Shown here piece by piece: positions 7,201-15,257 of a stretch of DNA of 27,295 bases; position 1 is the stretch's first letter, and every line of letters begins with the position of its first letter. Source of the DNA: a virus; the UHGV virus genome UHGV-0068847. The stretch is one strand, 5' to 3'. The translations under genes were made by a program, and so were the position numbers. The notes beneath the pieces are model-generated. The model was given only the letters and a program-made list of their open reading frames with translations. It was not told where the DNA came from and made no database searches.

Positions 7201-7404
7201 ATGTATAAGTCCGAAGTCGTAAAGCATTTTGGCGGTATCTCTAAAACCGCTGTTGCTTTGAATATCTCACACCCTGCCGTATGTCGTTGGGGAAAGGTCA
7301 TCCCTGAGAAGCAAGCCTTCGTAATAGAGAGAATTACTAATGGGAAACTTAAGTATGACGCATCCCTATATCACAAGGTTACAGGCGTATCTGCTAACCA
7401 GTAA
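7201..7404 (+). CDS. cro: Cro-like repressor (YdaS/DUF1019-type HTH), 67 aa
   Basis: Small HTH protein (GISKTAVALNISHPAVCRWGK). It is the first gene of the rightward operon, divergent from cI, with a strong GGAGG SD. Confidence 0.85.
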   Translation: MYKSEVVKHFGGISKTAVALNISHPAVCRWGKVIPEKQAFVIERITNGKLKYDASLYHKVTGVSANQ

Positions 7405-7426
7405 CCACAGGAAAAAGGAGTAAGCC

Positions 7427-7978
7427 GTGGGTAACGAACCTATTTGGAAAGTCGAACGTCAGCCAGCCTGGCTGGTAGCGGCGATAAAAAAAACGATCAC
7501 CGATCTACCTGGTGGTTATGCCGAGGCGGCGGAATGGTTGGGCGTGACAGAGAACGCATTGTTTAACCGCCTTCGTGTTGACGGCGACCAGATCTTCCCA
7601 CTGGGCTGGGCAATGGTTTTACAACGTGCTGGTGGTTCAACTCATATCGCTGATGCCGTTGCGCGCCATTCTCAGGGCGTATTTGTACCACTGGCAGATG
7701 TTGATGATCTGGATAACGCCGATATAAATCAGCGCCTGATGGAGTCCATCGAATGGATAGGCCGTCATTCGAATTTTGTACGTAAAGCCACGGCTGATGG
7801 GGTAATTGACGCAGATGAGCGTGGTCAGATTGAGGAAAACAGCTATCAGGTTATCGCTAAGTTCCAGGAGCACGTAACGCTTCTGTATCGAGTTTTTTGT
7901 GTCGCTGAAAAGAGTGACGCCCGCGAGTGTGCAGCTCCGGGCGCCTTGGCGAACAACTCTTCGAGTATGGAGAAATAA
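7427..7978 (+). CDS. CII-like regulatory protein (YmfL/CP76-like), 183 aa
   Basis: GTG start with an AAGGAG SD 6 nt upstream. Occupies the position directly after cro. The family name comes from recalled e14 synteny (cohE-croE-ymfL-ymfM-oweE). Confidence 0.65.
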   Translation: MGNEPIWKVERQPAWLVAAIKKTITDLPGGYAEAAEWLGVTENALFNRLRVDGDQIFPLGWAMVLQRAGGSTHIADAVARHSQGVFVPLADVDDLDNADINQRLMESIEWIGRHSNFVRKATADGVIDADERGQIEENSYQVIAKFQEHVTLLYRVFCVAEKSDARECAAPGALANNSSSMEK

Positions 7979-7983
7979 TCCGC

Positions 7984-8310
7984 ATGAGCAGTTTAACGGC
8001 TTTTGACCGTCTACCGCAACTCAGGATGATCCCGGTTTCGGGTACTCCGTTGTTTCGGTATGAACGCAGATTATCAAACCGCTGGGTTCCGTGTAACCAC
8101 AGTAGGGCGGTTTCAATTGTGGGGGTCTACAACCGGAGGGCAAAACGCCTGTGCGCGAACTTAATCGAAGGTTCAAAGACAACCGCGGAGTGCCAGTCCG
8201 TGTTATCCGCTGGGAGCCAGAAACACAGCGCGTTATCTATCTGCGTGATGGCTACCCGCACGAATGCTTCAGCCCACTTGAGCATTTCAGGCAAAAGTTC
8301 AGGGAGATAA
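7984..8310 (+). CDS. Hypothetical 108-aa protein, positional analogue of e14 YmfM
   Basis: ATG at 7984 with GGAG 11 nt upstream. Same strand as the operon. The R/S/C-rich composition is odd, and a protein-like antisense ORF (8127-8327) competes with it. Confidence 0.4.
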   Translation: MSSLTAFDRLPQLRMIPVSGTPLFRYERRLSNRWVPCNHSRAVSIVGVYNRRAKRLCANLIEGSKTTAECQSVLSAGSQKHSALSICVMATRTNASAHLSISGKSSGR

Positions 8311-8319
8311 CGGACGATC

Positions 8320-9186
8320 ATGAGCACTAAATTAACCGGCTACGTATGGGATGGTTGCGCAGCGTCGGGCATGAAGTTGTCTAGTGTCGCGATCATGGCT
8401 CGCCTTGCTGATTTCAGCAGCGATGAAGGTGTGTGCTGGCCGTCCATTGAAACTATTGCTCGCCAGCTTGGCGCAGGGCCGAGCACTATCAGAACGGCAA
8501 TCGCAAAGCTTGAAAAAGATGGCTGGCTCACGCGCACACAGCGCCGTAATGGTAACCGTAATGCTTCGAACGTGTACCGCCTGAATGTGGCGAAACTTCA
8601 GGCTGCCGCATTTTCTCAACTGTCAGATTCTGACACGTCAAAATCTGACGCATCAAAATTTGACGCCTCAAAAACTGACCCGTCGAAATCTGGCAAAAAC
8701 GGCGGTTTTGACCCGTCAGAATCTGGCGGGGATCCGTCAGTAAAATCAACACAAGATCCACAAGTAACTTCAAAACCCTCTTGTCCGGTTGCGGCGCAAC
8801 CCGACCCTGAGATTGTGATTACTGATCAGGCCAGACAGGTTTTGTCTTACCTGAACCAGACAACTGGTTCACGCTATCAGGTATGCAGCACGTCGCTGGA
8901 GAACATTCGTGCCCGTCTGCGGGAACGGTTCACTGTTGATGATCTGTGCCTTGTGGTGGATTACAAAAACGCTGATTGGCGTGATAGCGAGCAGGCTCAA
9001 TATCTCCGTCCGGCAACTCTGTTTATTCCAAAAAACTTCCCTGGTTACCTGCAAAGCGCGACCAAATGGTCTGCCGCTGGGCGACCTGAGCGCGTTAACG
9101 GTAAATGGACGGCTAACTCAGCCAGCCGCGCAAGCTTCCAAAATGTTGACTACTCACTTCCAGAACATTCGGGGTTCCGCTCATGA
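8320..9186 (+). CDS. Replication initiator, O-like (N-terminal wHTH plus conserved phage C-terminal domain), 288 aa
   Basis: N-terminal HTH segment (CWPSIETIARQLGAGPSTIRTAIAKLEKDGWL). The central low-complexity linker is encoded by iterons. The C-terminal YLNQTTGSRY...LRPATLF resembles the phage replication protein C-terminal domain. Confidence 0.85.
   Translation: MSTKLTGYVWDGCAASGMKLSSVAIMARLADFSSDEGVCWPSIETIARQLGAGPSTIRTAIAKLEKDGWLTRTQRRNGNRNASNVYRLNVAKLQAAAFSQLSDSDTSKSDASKFDASKTDPSKSGKNGGFDPSESGGDPSVKSTQDPQVTSKPSCPVAAQPDPEIVITDQARQVLSYLNQTTGSRYQVCSTSLENIRARLRERFTVDDLCLVVDYKNADWRDSEQAQYLRPATLFIPKNFPGYLQSATKWSAAGRPERVNGKWTANSASRASFQNVDYSLPEHSGFRS
8622..8727. repeat. Origin iterons inside the O-like gene
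   Basis: Five tandem 15-bp units starting at 8622, 8637, 8652, 8667 and 8682, consensus GTCAAAATCTGAC (each a GTCA-n5-TGAC palindrome). Further copies lie at about 8704 and 8715. A more AT-rich stretch follows at 8740-8775. Confidence 0.8.
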
Positions 9187-10064
9187 TGCCAAATAAATAT
9201 TGCCAGTCGCTGGCAGAACTGCGCAGTAAACCAGCTCACGAATTGAAAGAAGTTGGCGATCAGTGGCGAACACCGGATCTGCTGTTTTGGGGGATCAACG
9301 CGCTATTTGGTCCATTAGTTCTGGATTTGTTTGCTGACGACGACAACGCGAAATGCCCGGCATGGTACACCGCCGAAGATAACGCGCTGACCCAGGACTG
9401 GTCTGAACGTCTGGCAGAACTGGGTGGCGCAGGTTATGGCAACCCACCGTATAGCCGTTCGCAGTACCACGAGAAACAGGCGATCACTGGTATGACGCAC
9501 ATCATGAAGTACGCAGCAGCCCAGTGCGAGAAGGGCGGTCGCTATGTATTCCTGATAAAAGCCGCGCCAAGTGAAACGTGGTGGCCGGAAGATGCCGATC
9601 ACATTGTATTCATTCGCGGGCGCATTGGGTTCGATCTGCCAGTGTGGTTTGTACCTGCTGACGAAAAACAGAAGCCCACCAGCGCGTTTTTTGCCGGTGC
9701 CATAGCTGTATTCGATAAGTCATGGCGTGGTGAGCGGTTCAGCTATATCAACCGCACAGAACTGGAGGCAAAAGGTCGGGCATTTATGGCGCTGGCTCAA
9801 TTCGCTGTTGGCAAAGAGCCGACAATTGCAATGCGAGCACCCCAGGAGCCAGTCATACCATCGGAAACTGAGTCACGTATCTGGCCTCTCGAGGTTGGTC
9901 TGGTGTTTAACCAGGTGGAAGGCGTTGACGTATTGAGTGAGGCTCAGCAGAACAAGCTGAAAGCCAACATCAATCAACTCTGGCTGGAACGAACGGCCAC
10001 CAGCGAAATTATCACAATTGCGCGTGGTCTTGTCGGCAGCATGCAGGGGGTAACCCATGCGTGA
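9183..10064 (+). CDS. Phage Dam-type N6-adenine DNA methyltransferase with a C-terminal extension (293 aa)
   Basis: WRTPDLLF, LDLFADDDN and GNPPYS (NPPY motif IV) match the phage Dam family. ATGA overlap with the O-like stop. About 90 extra C-terminal residues have no recognisable function. Confidence 0.85.
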   Translation: MMPNKYCQSLAELRSKPAHELKEVGDQWRTPDLLFWGINALFGPLVLDLFADDDNAKCPAWYTAEDNALTQDWSERLAELGGAGYGNPPYSRSQYHEKQAITGMTHIMKYAAAQCEKGGRYVFLIKAAPSETWWPEDADHIVFIRGRIGFDLPVWFVPADEKQKPTSAFFAGAIAVFDKSWRGERFSYINRTELEAKGRAFMALAQFAVGKEPTIAMRAPQEPVIPSETESRIWPLEVGLVFNQVEGVDVLSEAQQNKLKANINQLWLERTATSEIITIARGLVGSMQGVTHA

Positions 10065-11946
10065 GATTATCGTTGATAACTTTGCTGGTGGCGGTGGCGC
10101 ATCAACGGGTATTGAACTGGCGATCGGACGCAGCGTGGATATTGCGATCAACCACGACGAAAACGCCATTGCGATGCACAAGACGAATCACCCGGAAACA
10201 CTGCATTACTGCGAATCCGTATTTGACGTGGATCCGGTAGCCGCCACCGGAGGTAATCCTGTCGGCCTGGCATGGTTTAGCCCGGACTGCCGACACTTCT
10301 CGAAGGCAAAAGGCGCCAAGCCTGTGAAAAAAGAGATACGCGGTCTGGCCTGGATTGTTCTGCGTTGGGCACTGGCAAAGCGACCGCGCGTGATGATGCT
10401 GGAGAACGTGGAAGAGTTCAAAACGTGGGGACCGCTATTACCAGCTGAGCCACAAAATCCCAATCTGGTGGGGGATGATTTGGCTGCATTTGTTGGCCCA
10501 GTTATACCGCCTTATGATGCGCAGCGTCCGGATCCGGCACGAGCTGGTGAAACATTTGAGGCATTTGTCGGCATGCTATCCACTGGTATTCCTGCTGATC
10601 ACCCGGCACTGGCTGAGGTTTGTGAGTTTCTGTCTATCGAAAGAGGTAGCGAGCAGGCGCAAAAGCTGGTGGATGGGCTTGGATATGATGTTGATTATCG
10701 CGAACTACGCGCGTGTGATTACGGCGCGCCGACGATCCGCAAACGCTTCTTCATGGTTATGCGCTGCGATGGCTGCCCAATCCAGTGGCCTGCAGTTACC
10801 CATGGGGATCCTAAGTCTCTGGAGGTGCAGAGCGGCAGGCTGATGCCATGGCGTACCGCTGCGGAATGTATCGACTGGAATGTTCCGGCCCTGTCCATCT
10901 TCGACCGCAAAAAAACGCTGGCGGAGAACACGCTGAAGCGGATCGCGCGCGGCATACAGCGCTTTGTTATCGAAAGTGCGTCGCCGTTTATCGTGAAGTG
11001 CAATCACACCAGCACCAAAACGAGTTACGACTGTTTCCGTGGTCAGAAGCTGGACGAGCCTTTGCAAACTATTACTAAAACCCACGGTTACGCGTTAGCT
11101 GTTCCACACCTGACAAAATTCCGCACTGGGGCAACCGGGCAGCCCGTTACCGAACCTGTCCCGACGGTAACCGCTGGCACGTCAAAACGCCCGGGTGGGA
11201 ATGGGCATGCACTCGGGATTGTTGAGGCTGCACTGACGCCATTCCTGGCGGGTAATGGTGGTAGTGAATACCAGGCTAAACCGCGCCCGCTGGATAAACC
11301 TGCTCATACCATTATGAAGCAATCCCGCGCCTGTCTTGTTGCGCCAGTGATAGCCCGCCAGTTTGGGGCCAGCGTCGGCCACCGGGCAGACGAACCGAGC
11401 GCCACAATTACAGCTGGTGGTGGAGGTAAATCACAATTGGTGGGCGCGTTTCTGGCTAAACACTACGGCGGTAACTATACGGGACCGGGTGTCAGTATGG
11501 ATGAACCCGCACACTCAGTGACCACTGTCGATCATCATGCGGTTGTTGCCTCTCATTTGGTGAAACTGCGTGGAACATGCCGCGACGGGCAACGTCTTGA
11601 TGTGCCCATGCCAACAATCACCTCTGGTGGCCAACACGTGGGTGAGGTACGCACATTTCTCGAGACGTATTGCGGGGAAAGTGACGATGAATGGCTGGTA
11701 ACGATCGATGGGGTTAAATACCAGATCGTTGATATCGGAATGCGCATGTTGCAGCCGCATGAACTCTACAAAGCGCAGGGCTTCCCGGATGGATACGTTA
11801 TTGATCAGGACTACCGTGGAAATCGCTATGCAAAAGATAAGCAGGTAGCCCGCTGTGGTAATGCGGTACCACCACCATTCGCCAGGGCGCTGGTGGAGGC
11901 AAATCTTCCGGAACTGTGTGCAGTGCAACATCAGGAGGTGGCATGA
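10057..11946 (+). CDS. DNA cytosine-5 methyltransferase, unusually long (629 aa)
   Basis: Motif I DNFAGGGGAS, motif IV SPDCRHFS, motif VI ENV, motif VIII DYGAPTIRKRFF, motif IX QGFPDGY and motif X GNAVPPPFARAL. A variable region of about 320 aa lies between motifs VIII and IX. Confidence 0.92.
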   Translation: MREIIVDNFAGGGGASTGIELAIGRSVDIAINHDENAIAMHKTNHPETLHYCESVFDVDPVAATGGNPVGLAWFSPDCRHFSKAKGAKPVKKEIRGLAWIVLRWALAKRPRVMMLENVEEFKTWGPLLPAEPQNPNLVGDDLAAFVGPVIPPYDAQRPDPARAGETFEAFVGMLSTGIPADHPALAEVCEFLSIERGSEQAQKLVDGLGYDVDYRELRACDYGAPTIRKRFFMVMRCDGCPIQWPAVTHGDPKSLEVQSGRLMPWRTAAECIDWNVPALSIFDRKKTLAENTLKRIARGIQRFVIESASPFIVKCNHTSTKTSYDCFRGQKLDEPLQTITKTHGYALAVPHLTKFRTGATGQPVTEPVPTVTAGTSKRPGGNGHALGIVEAALTPFLAGNGGSEYQAKPRPLDKPAHTIMKQSRACLVAPVIARQFGASVGHRADEPSATITAGGGGKSQLVGAFLAKHYGGNYTGPGVSMDEPAHSVTTVDHHAVVASHLVKLRGTCRDGQRLDVPMPTITSGGQHVGEVRTFLETYCGESDDEWLVTIDGVKYQIVDIGMRMLQPHELYKAQGFPDGYVIDQDYRGNRYAKDKQVARCGNAVPPPFARALVEANLPELCAVQHQEVA

Positions 11947-12329
11947 AACTTGTGCTCCCGTTCCCTCCGAGCGTGAACACCTACTGGCGCGCCCCTAACA
12001 AGGGGCCGCTGGCCGGTCGTCACCTCATTAGCGCTGATGGCCGTAAATACCAGAGCGCTGCCTGCGTGGCGATCATTGAGCAATTACGACGTCTCCCGAA
12101 GCCATCGACTGAACTGGCAGCGGTAGAAATCACTCTGTACCCGCCGGATGCGCGCCGCCGGGATATCGATAATTACAACAAAGCCCTGTTTGACGCGCTG
12201 ACGCATGCGGGTGTCTGGGAAGACGACAGCCAGATTAAGCGCATGCTGGTGGAATGGGGACCCGTAGTGCCGAAAGGTCGGGTAGAGATAACGATCAGCA
12301 GATATGAACCGGCGGGTGCAGCCGCCTGA
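11943..12329 (+). CDS. rusA: Holliday-junction resolvase RusA (128 aa)
   Basis: LPFPPSVNTYWR, RRRDIDNYNKALFDALT and WEDDSQI match the RusA signature. The ATG at 11943 forms an ATGA overlap with the MTase stop. Confidence 0.92.
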   Translation: MKLVLPFPPSVNTYWRAPNKGPLAGRHLISADGRKYQSAACVAIIEQLRRLPKPSTELAAVEITLYPPDARRRDIDNYNKALFDALTHAGVWEDDSQIKRMLVEWGPVVPKGRVEITISRYEPAGAAA

Positions 12330-12342
12330 TATGGAGAAAAGT

Positions 12343-13029
12343 ATGAGCCAGTTAATCGTGAATGGTGTAGTAACAATGTCCAGCCGTGATATTGCGGATC
12401 TGGTTCAGAGTAAACACAGTGACGTGAAACGCTCGGCTGAGCGTCTTGTTGCTGCGGGAATTTTAACCGCGCCGTTGGCGCAGTTCGATTTTGAGCATAA
12501 CGGCAATGTTTACCAGGAGTATCGTTTTAACAAACGCGACTCTCTGGTGATTGTTGCCAGACTGTCACCAGAATTTACCGCTGCGGTTGTTGATCGGTGG
12601 CAGGAACTGGAAGAAGGGCAGAGTGTCAGTGTTCCCCGCTCATTGCCGGAAGCGCTTCGCCTGGCTGCTGATTTAGCCGAGCAGAAAGAGCAACTGACCA
12701 TCCAGCTGGCAGCTGCGGCGCCAAAAGTGGAGTTTGTTGATCGTTATTGCTCTGCAAAAGGCTCCATGTCATTCCGGCAGGTAGCCAAATTGCTCAACGC
12801 AAAAGAAACTGAGTTCCGCCTGTTCCTTATTGAACGCAATATCCTGTATCGCCTCGGCGGCACACTTACCCCTATGGCGCAGCACATTTCCGCAGGAAGA
12901 TTTGAAGTTAAGACGGGAACATCGAACACATCCAATCACGCATTTAGCCAGACGCGTTTCACTGCCAAGGGAGTACGCTGGATTGGTGGTTTGTGGGCTG
13001 AACATATTGCAGGGGGGCAGGCGGCGTGA
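12343..13029 (+). CDS. Rha-family / KilAC-domain antirepressor-like regulator (228 aa)
   Basis: N-terminal VTMSSRDIADLVQSKHSDVKR (pRha-like) and C-terminal FVDRY...FRQVAKLL...ILYRLGG (KilAC-like). The ATG at 12343 is preceded by GGAG. Confidence 0.82.
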   Translation: MSQLIVNGVVTMSSRDIADLVQSKHSDVKRSAERLVAAGILTAPLAQFDFEHNGNVYQEYRFNKRDSLVIVARLSPEFTAAVVDRWQELEEGQSVSVPRSLPEALRLAADLAEQKEQLTIQLAAAAPKVEFVDRYCSAKGSMSFRQVAKLLNAKETEFRLFLIERNILYRLGGTLTPMAQHISAGRFEVKTGTSNTSNHAFSQTRFTAKGVRWIGGLWAEHIAGGQAA

Positions 13030-14021
13030 GGGCTTTGTTAACTCCTGAAGTAGCCCATCGTATGGGGATTGTGTTGTTTCGTCCCGGCGCGGAACTGATG
13101 CACCTCTTCATGCGTGGTCGCGTTCTGCTCGAACCTGAACCAGAAGAAATGGCGTCATTCAGTACCGGGGCTGTTCCGGCAGCCATTCAGCCGCTGGCTG
13201 ATGATCCGGTAATGCGGCAGGTCTTCGGGAATGAGCGGGTTATTCAGCGTGCCGGTGGGCTTCCTTCCCTTGAGCAGTGGCTGAGTTCTCGGTTTGAATG
13301 CCAGTGGCCACATTCATCGTGGCACGACAAGAACTTCACAACAATGCGGCACCCACCAGGAAGCATTCGCCTGTGCTGGCATTGCGATCACACTTTGTCG
13401 GGGCAGCATACCGAACAGCTTGCAGGTATAGCGGCAGGAAACCTGGTATCCTGGATTCTGGAAGTCATTCGGCGTGATTCTGGTTTTCCCGAGTCGCATA
13501 TCCTGACGCTTCCGGAACTGTGCTGGTGGATGGTCAGAAACGACCTGGCTGATGTTATTCCGGAAAGCGTTGCGCACAAAGGGCTGCGCCTCCCGGATGA
13601 GAACATCCGCTCTGTCATGAGGGAAAGCGACATTGTGCCTTCAGCGTCTGCAACCAGCCTCGTGCAGGAGAAGGCGAAGAAGATCCTCACGCTCTCTGTT
13701 GATCCGGAGTCTCCAGAATCTTTCATGCTCAGGCCAAAGCGACGCCGCTGGATAAATGAGACGTACACCCGCTGGGTTAAAACACAACCCTGTGAGTGTT
13801 GCCGACGGCCAGCAGATGATCCGCACCATATCGTAGGGCACGGTATGGGTGGTACAGCAACAAAAGCCCATGACCTCTTCGTGATCCCTCTGTGCAGAGA
13901 GTGCCACGACGAGTTACACGCCGATGTACCAGCATTCGAGCAGAAGCATGGTACGCAGCTTGAGCTGCTACTGCGTTTTATGGATCGGGCGCTGGCGATC
14001 GGCGTAATTGCGAAAGCTTAA
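13026..14021 (+). CDS. DUF968-family protein with a C-terminal HNH-like Zn-finger motif (331 aa)
   Basis: CECCRRPADDPHHIVGHG...PLCRECHDELH forms a Cys4 plus HH/H pattern. The GTG start forms a GTGA overlap with the upstream stop; the alternative ATG is at 13062. Position upstream of Q resembles recalled Qin YdfU. Confidence 0.8.
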   Translation: MRALLTPEVAHRMGIVLFRPGAELMHLFMRGRVLLEPEPEEMASFSTGAVPAAIQPLADDPVMRQVFGNERVIQRAGGLPSLEQWLSSRFECQWPHSSWHDKNFTTMRHPPGSIRLCWHCDHTLSGQHTEQLAGIAAGNLVSWILEVIRRDSGFPESHILTLPELCWWMVRNDLADVIPESVAHKGLRLPDENIRSVMRESDIVPSASATSLVQEKAKKILTLSVDPESPESFMLRPKRRRWINETYTRWVKTQPCECCRRPADDPHHIVGHGMGGTATKAHDLFVIPLCRECHDELHADVPAFEQKHGTQLELLLRFMDRALAIGVIAKA

Positions 14022-14042
14022 GTGTATGGAGCGCAAAGAAGC

Positions 14043-14732
14043 ATGAATCAACAAGACCTGAATTTTGTAAGAATAGAATTGCGCCGCGCGCTACCTGACC
14101 TCTCTGGGGGAACAAAAGGGCAGCTTGAGGCTTTCAGTGAACACCCACCAGCAGACAAAAATGCCACCCCGCGCCGTGGAATTCATCTCGTCGAACTCGA
14201 AGGAGAGAAGGGGCCACGCTTTGTTAACTCGCTTTCCGCGCCACTGTATGTGCTGGAAACACGCAGCCGCCGCAGGCCAATGCCGCCGATAAAAGATGCG
14301 GAATTTGAGTCCGCGCCGTGGCGTAGGGCAGTGTCCGCGCTTAGTGGATACCAGCAGGCCTGGTTGCGGTACTGCTACGGTTTTGACCTTAGCTATAAGC
14401 ACCAGGTGATGATGTGTGAATACGTCTGGAAAACTTATCAGAAATGCCTGGGTGAAAACTCGCTTCAGGAGCGTGTAGTAAAGAAACTGATAGGTCTGGT
14501 ATGGCTGGCAGGGCAGGAAATTGCCGCAAACAGAAATAATGAAACCTATAAAGACTATGCTGGTGCAGCGTTGGCCCGCATGGTTAGCGTTGACCGTTCG
14601 ACATGGTTGCGTGTCTATTCATGGCACTGGGCTGGGTTAAAGGCCGCTTTTACCCAGCTTGATGAATCTGCGTTGGCAATGGCTCTTGAATACTATGAGG
14701 AAGAAGAAGCCCTCAAAGTGGCAGAAATGTGA
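14043..14732 (+). CDS. Late antiterminator Q-like protein (229 aa)
   Basis: Last gene before the pR'/tR'-like elements and the lysis cassette. ATG at 14043 with GGAG upstream; the alternative GTG is at 14022. Family assignment rests on position and size rather than a clear motif. Confidence 0.65.
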   Translation: MNQQDLNFVRIELRRALPDLSGGTKGQLEAFSEHPPADKNATPRRGIHLVELEGEKGPRFVNSLSAPLYVLETRSRRRPMPPIKDAEFESAPWRRAVSALSGYQQAWLRYCYGFDLSYKHQVMMCEYVWKTYQKCLGENSLQERVVKKLIGLVWLAGQEIAANRNNETYKDYAGAALARMVSVDRSTWLRVYSWHWAGLKAAFTQLDESALAMALEYYEEEEALKVAEM

Positions 14733-14762
14733 AGTAAATTTCACTATCTCCTTCAAACGCGC

Positions 14763-14791
14763 TTGCAAAATGCAACAAAATAAGCCATATT
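14763..14791 (+). promoter_or_regulatory. Candidate late promoter pR'
   Basis: TTGCAA (14763-14768), 17-nt spacer, CATATT (14786-14791). Lies 30 nt after the Q stop and upstream of a strong terminator. Confidence 0.3.
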
Positions 14792-14825
14792 TTAAGCATA
14801 TTTGATATGTTGCCAAAATTTTATA

Positions 14826-14853
14826 AACCCGCCGATGAGCGGGTTTTATTATT
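14826..14853 (+). terminator. Intrinsic terminator (tR'-like, presumed Q target)
   Basis: AAACCCGC-CGATGA-GCGGGTTT stem-loop followed by TATTATTGTT. Confidence 0.65.
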
Positions 14854-14948
14854 GTTGTTGGATGAAACTGAGGGGAAAGGTTAAAATTTGCCCTTCACCC
14901 GCCGGGTGATGTGCACATGAGTGCTATAAACTCCACATGGAGAGCATC

Positions 14949-15242
14949 ATGGTTAATTTAGATAGTCACCATTTTCATACCCTACGTTTTATTCATTCTT
15001 GTTATTTGTCTAATGAAGGTATGAATACTTTTGTGCAATTGTTATTCGTATCCAATCATCAGGATCCTGACGGCACATACCATGGGGTATTTCCAGATAC
15101 CAAGGTTGGTATAAGTATGACTGAATACCTATACCAAAAAACTTGCTCATCATCAGAGAAGGCTAAGTCATTAAAACCAACCTGGTTGCATTGGCGACAA
15201 CAGGAAGCTCTGGAGCTAAAACGAAATCCCTTTGATATTTAA
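14949..15242 (+). CDS. Moron-encoded hypothetical protein (97 aa; 101 aa if translated from 14937)
   Basis: Low-GC ORF between Q and the holin. GGAGAG lies 4 nt upstream of the ATG at 14949, with an extended -10-like TGCTATAAA at 14922-14930. The gene has its own strong terminator. Confidence 0.6.
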   Translation: MVNLDSHHFHTLRFIHSCYLSNEGMNTFVQLLFVSNHQDPDGTYHGVFPDTKVGISMTEYLYQKTCSSSEKAKSLKPTWLHWRQQEALELKRNPFDI

Positions 15243-15257
15243 ATTTGAGATTTACCA

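Noticed and set aside
8622-8727. Short regular tandem repeats that could be mistaken for a CRISPR-like array
   Set aside because: The period is 15 bp with no unique spacers. The repeats are inside an ORF and are palindromic GTCA/TGAC units. This is classic origin iteron architecture.
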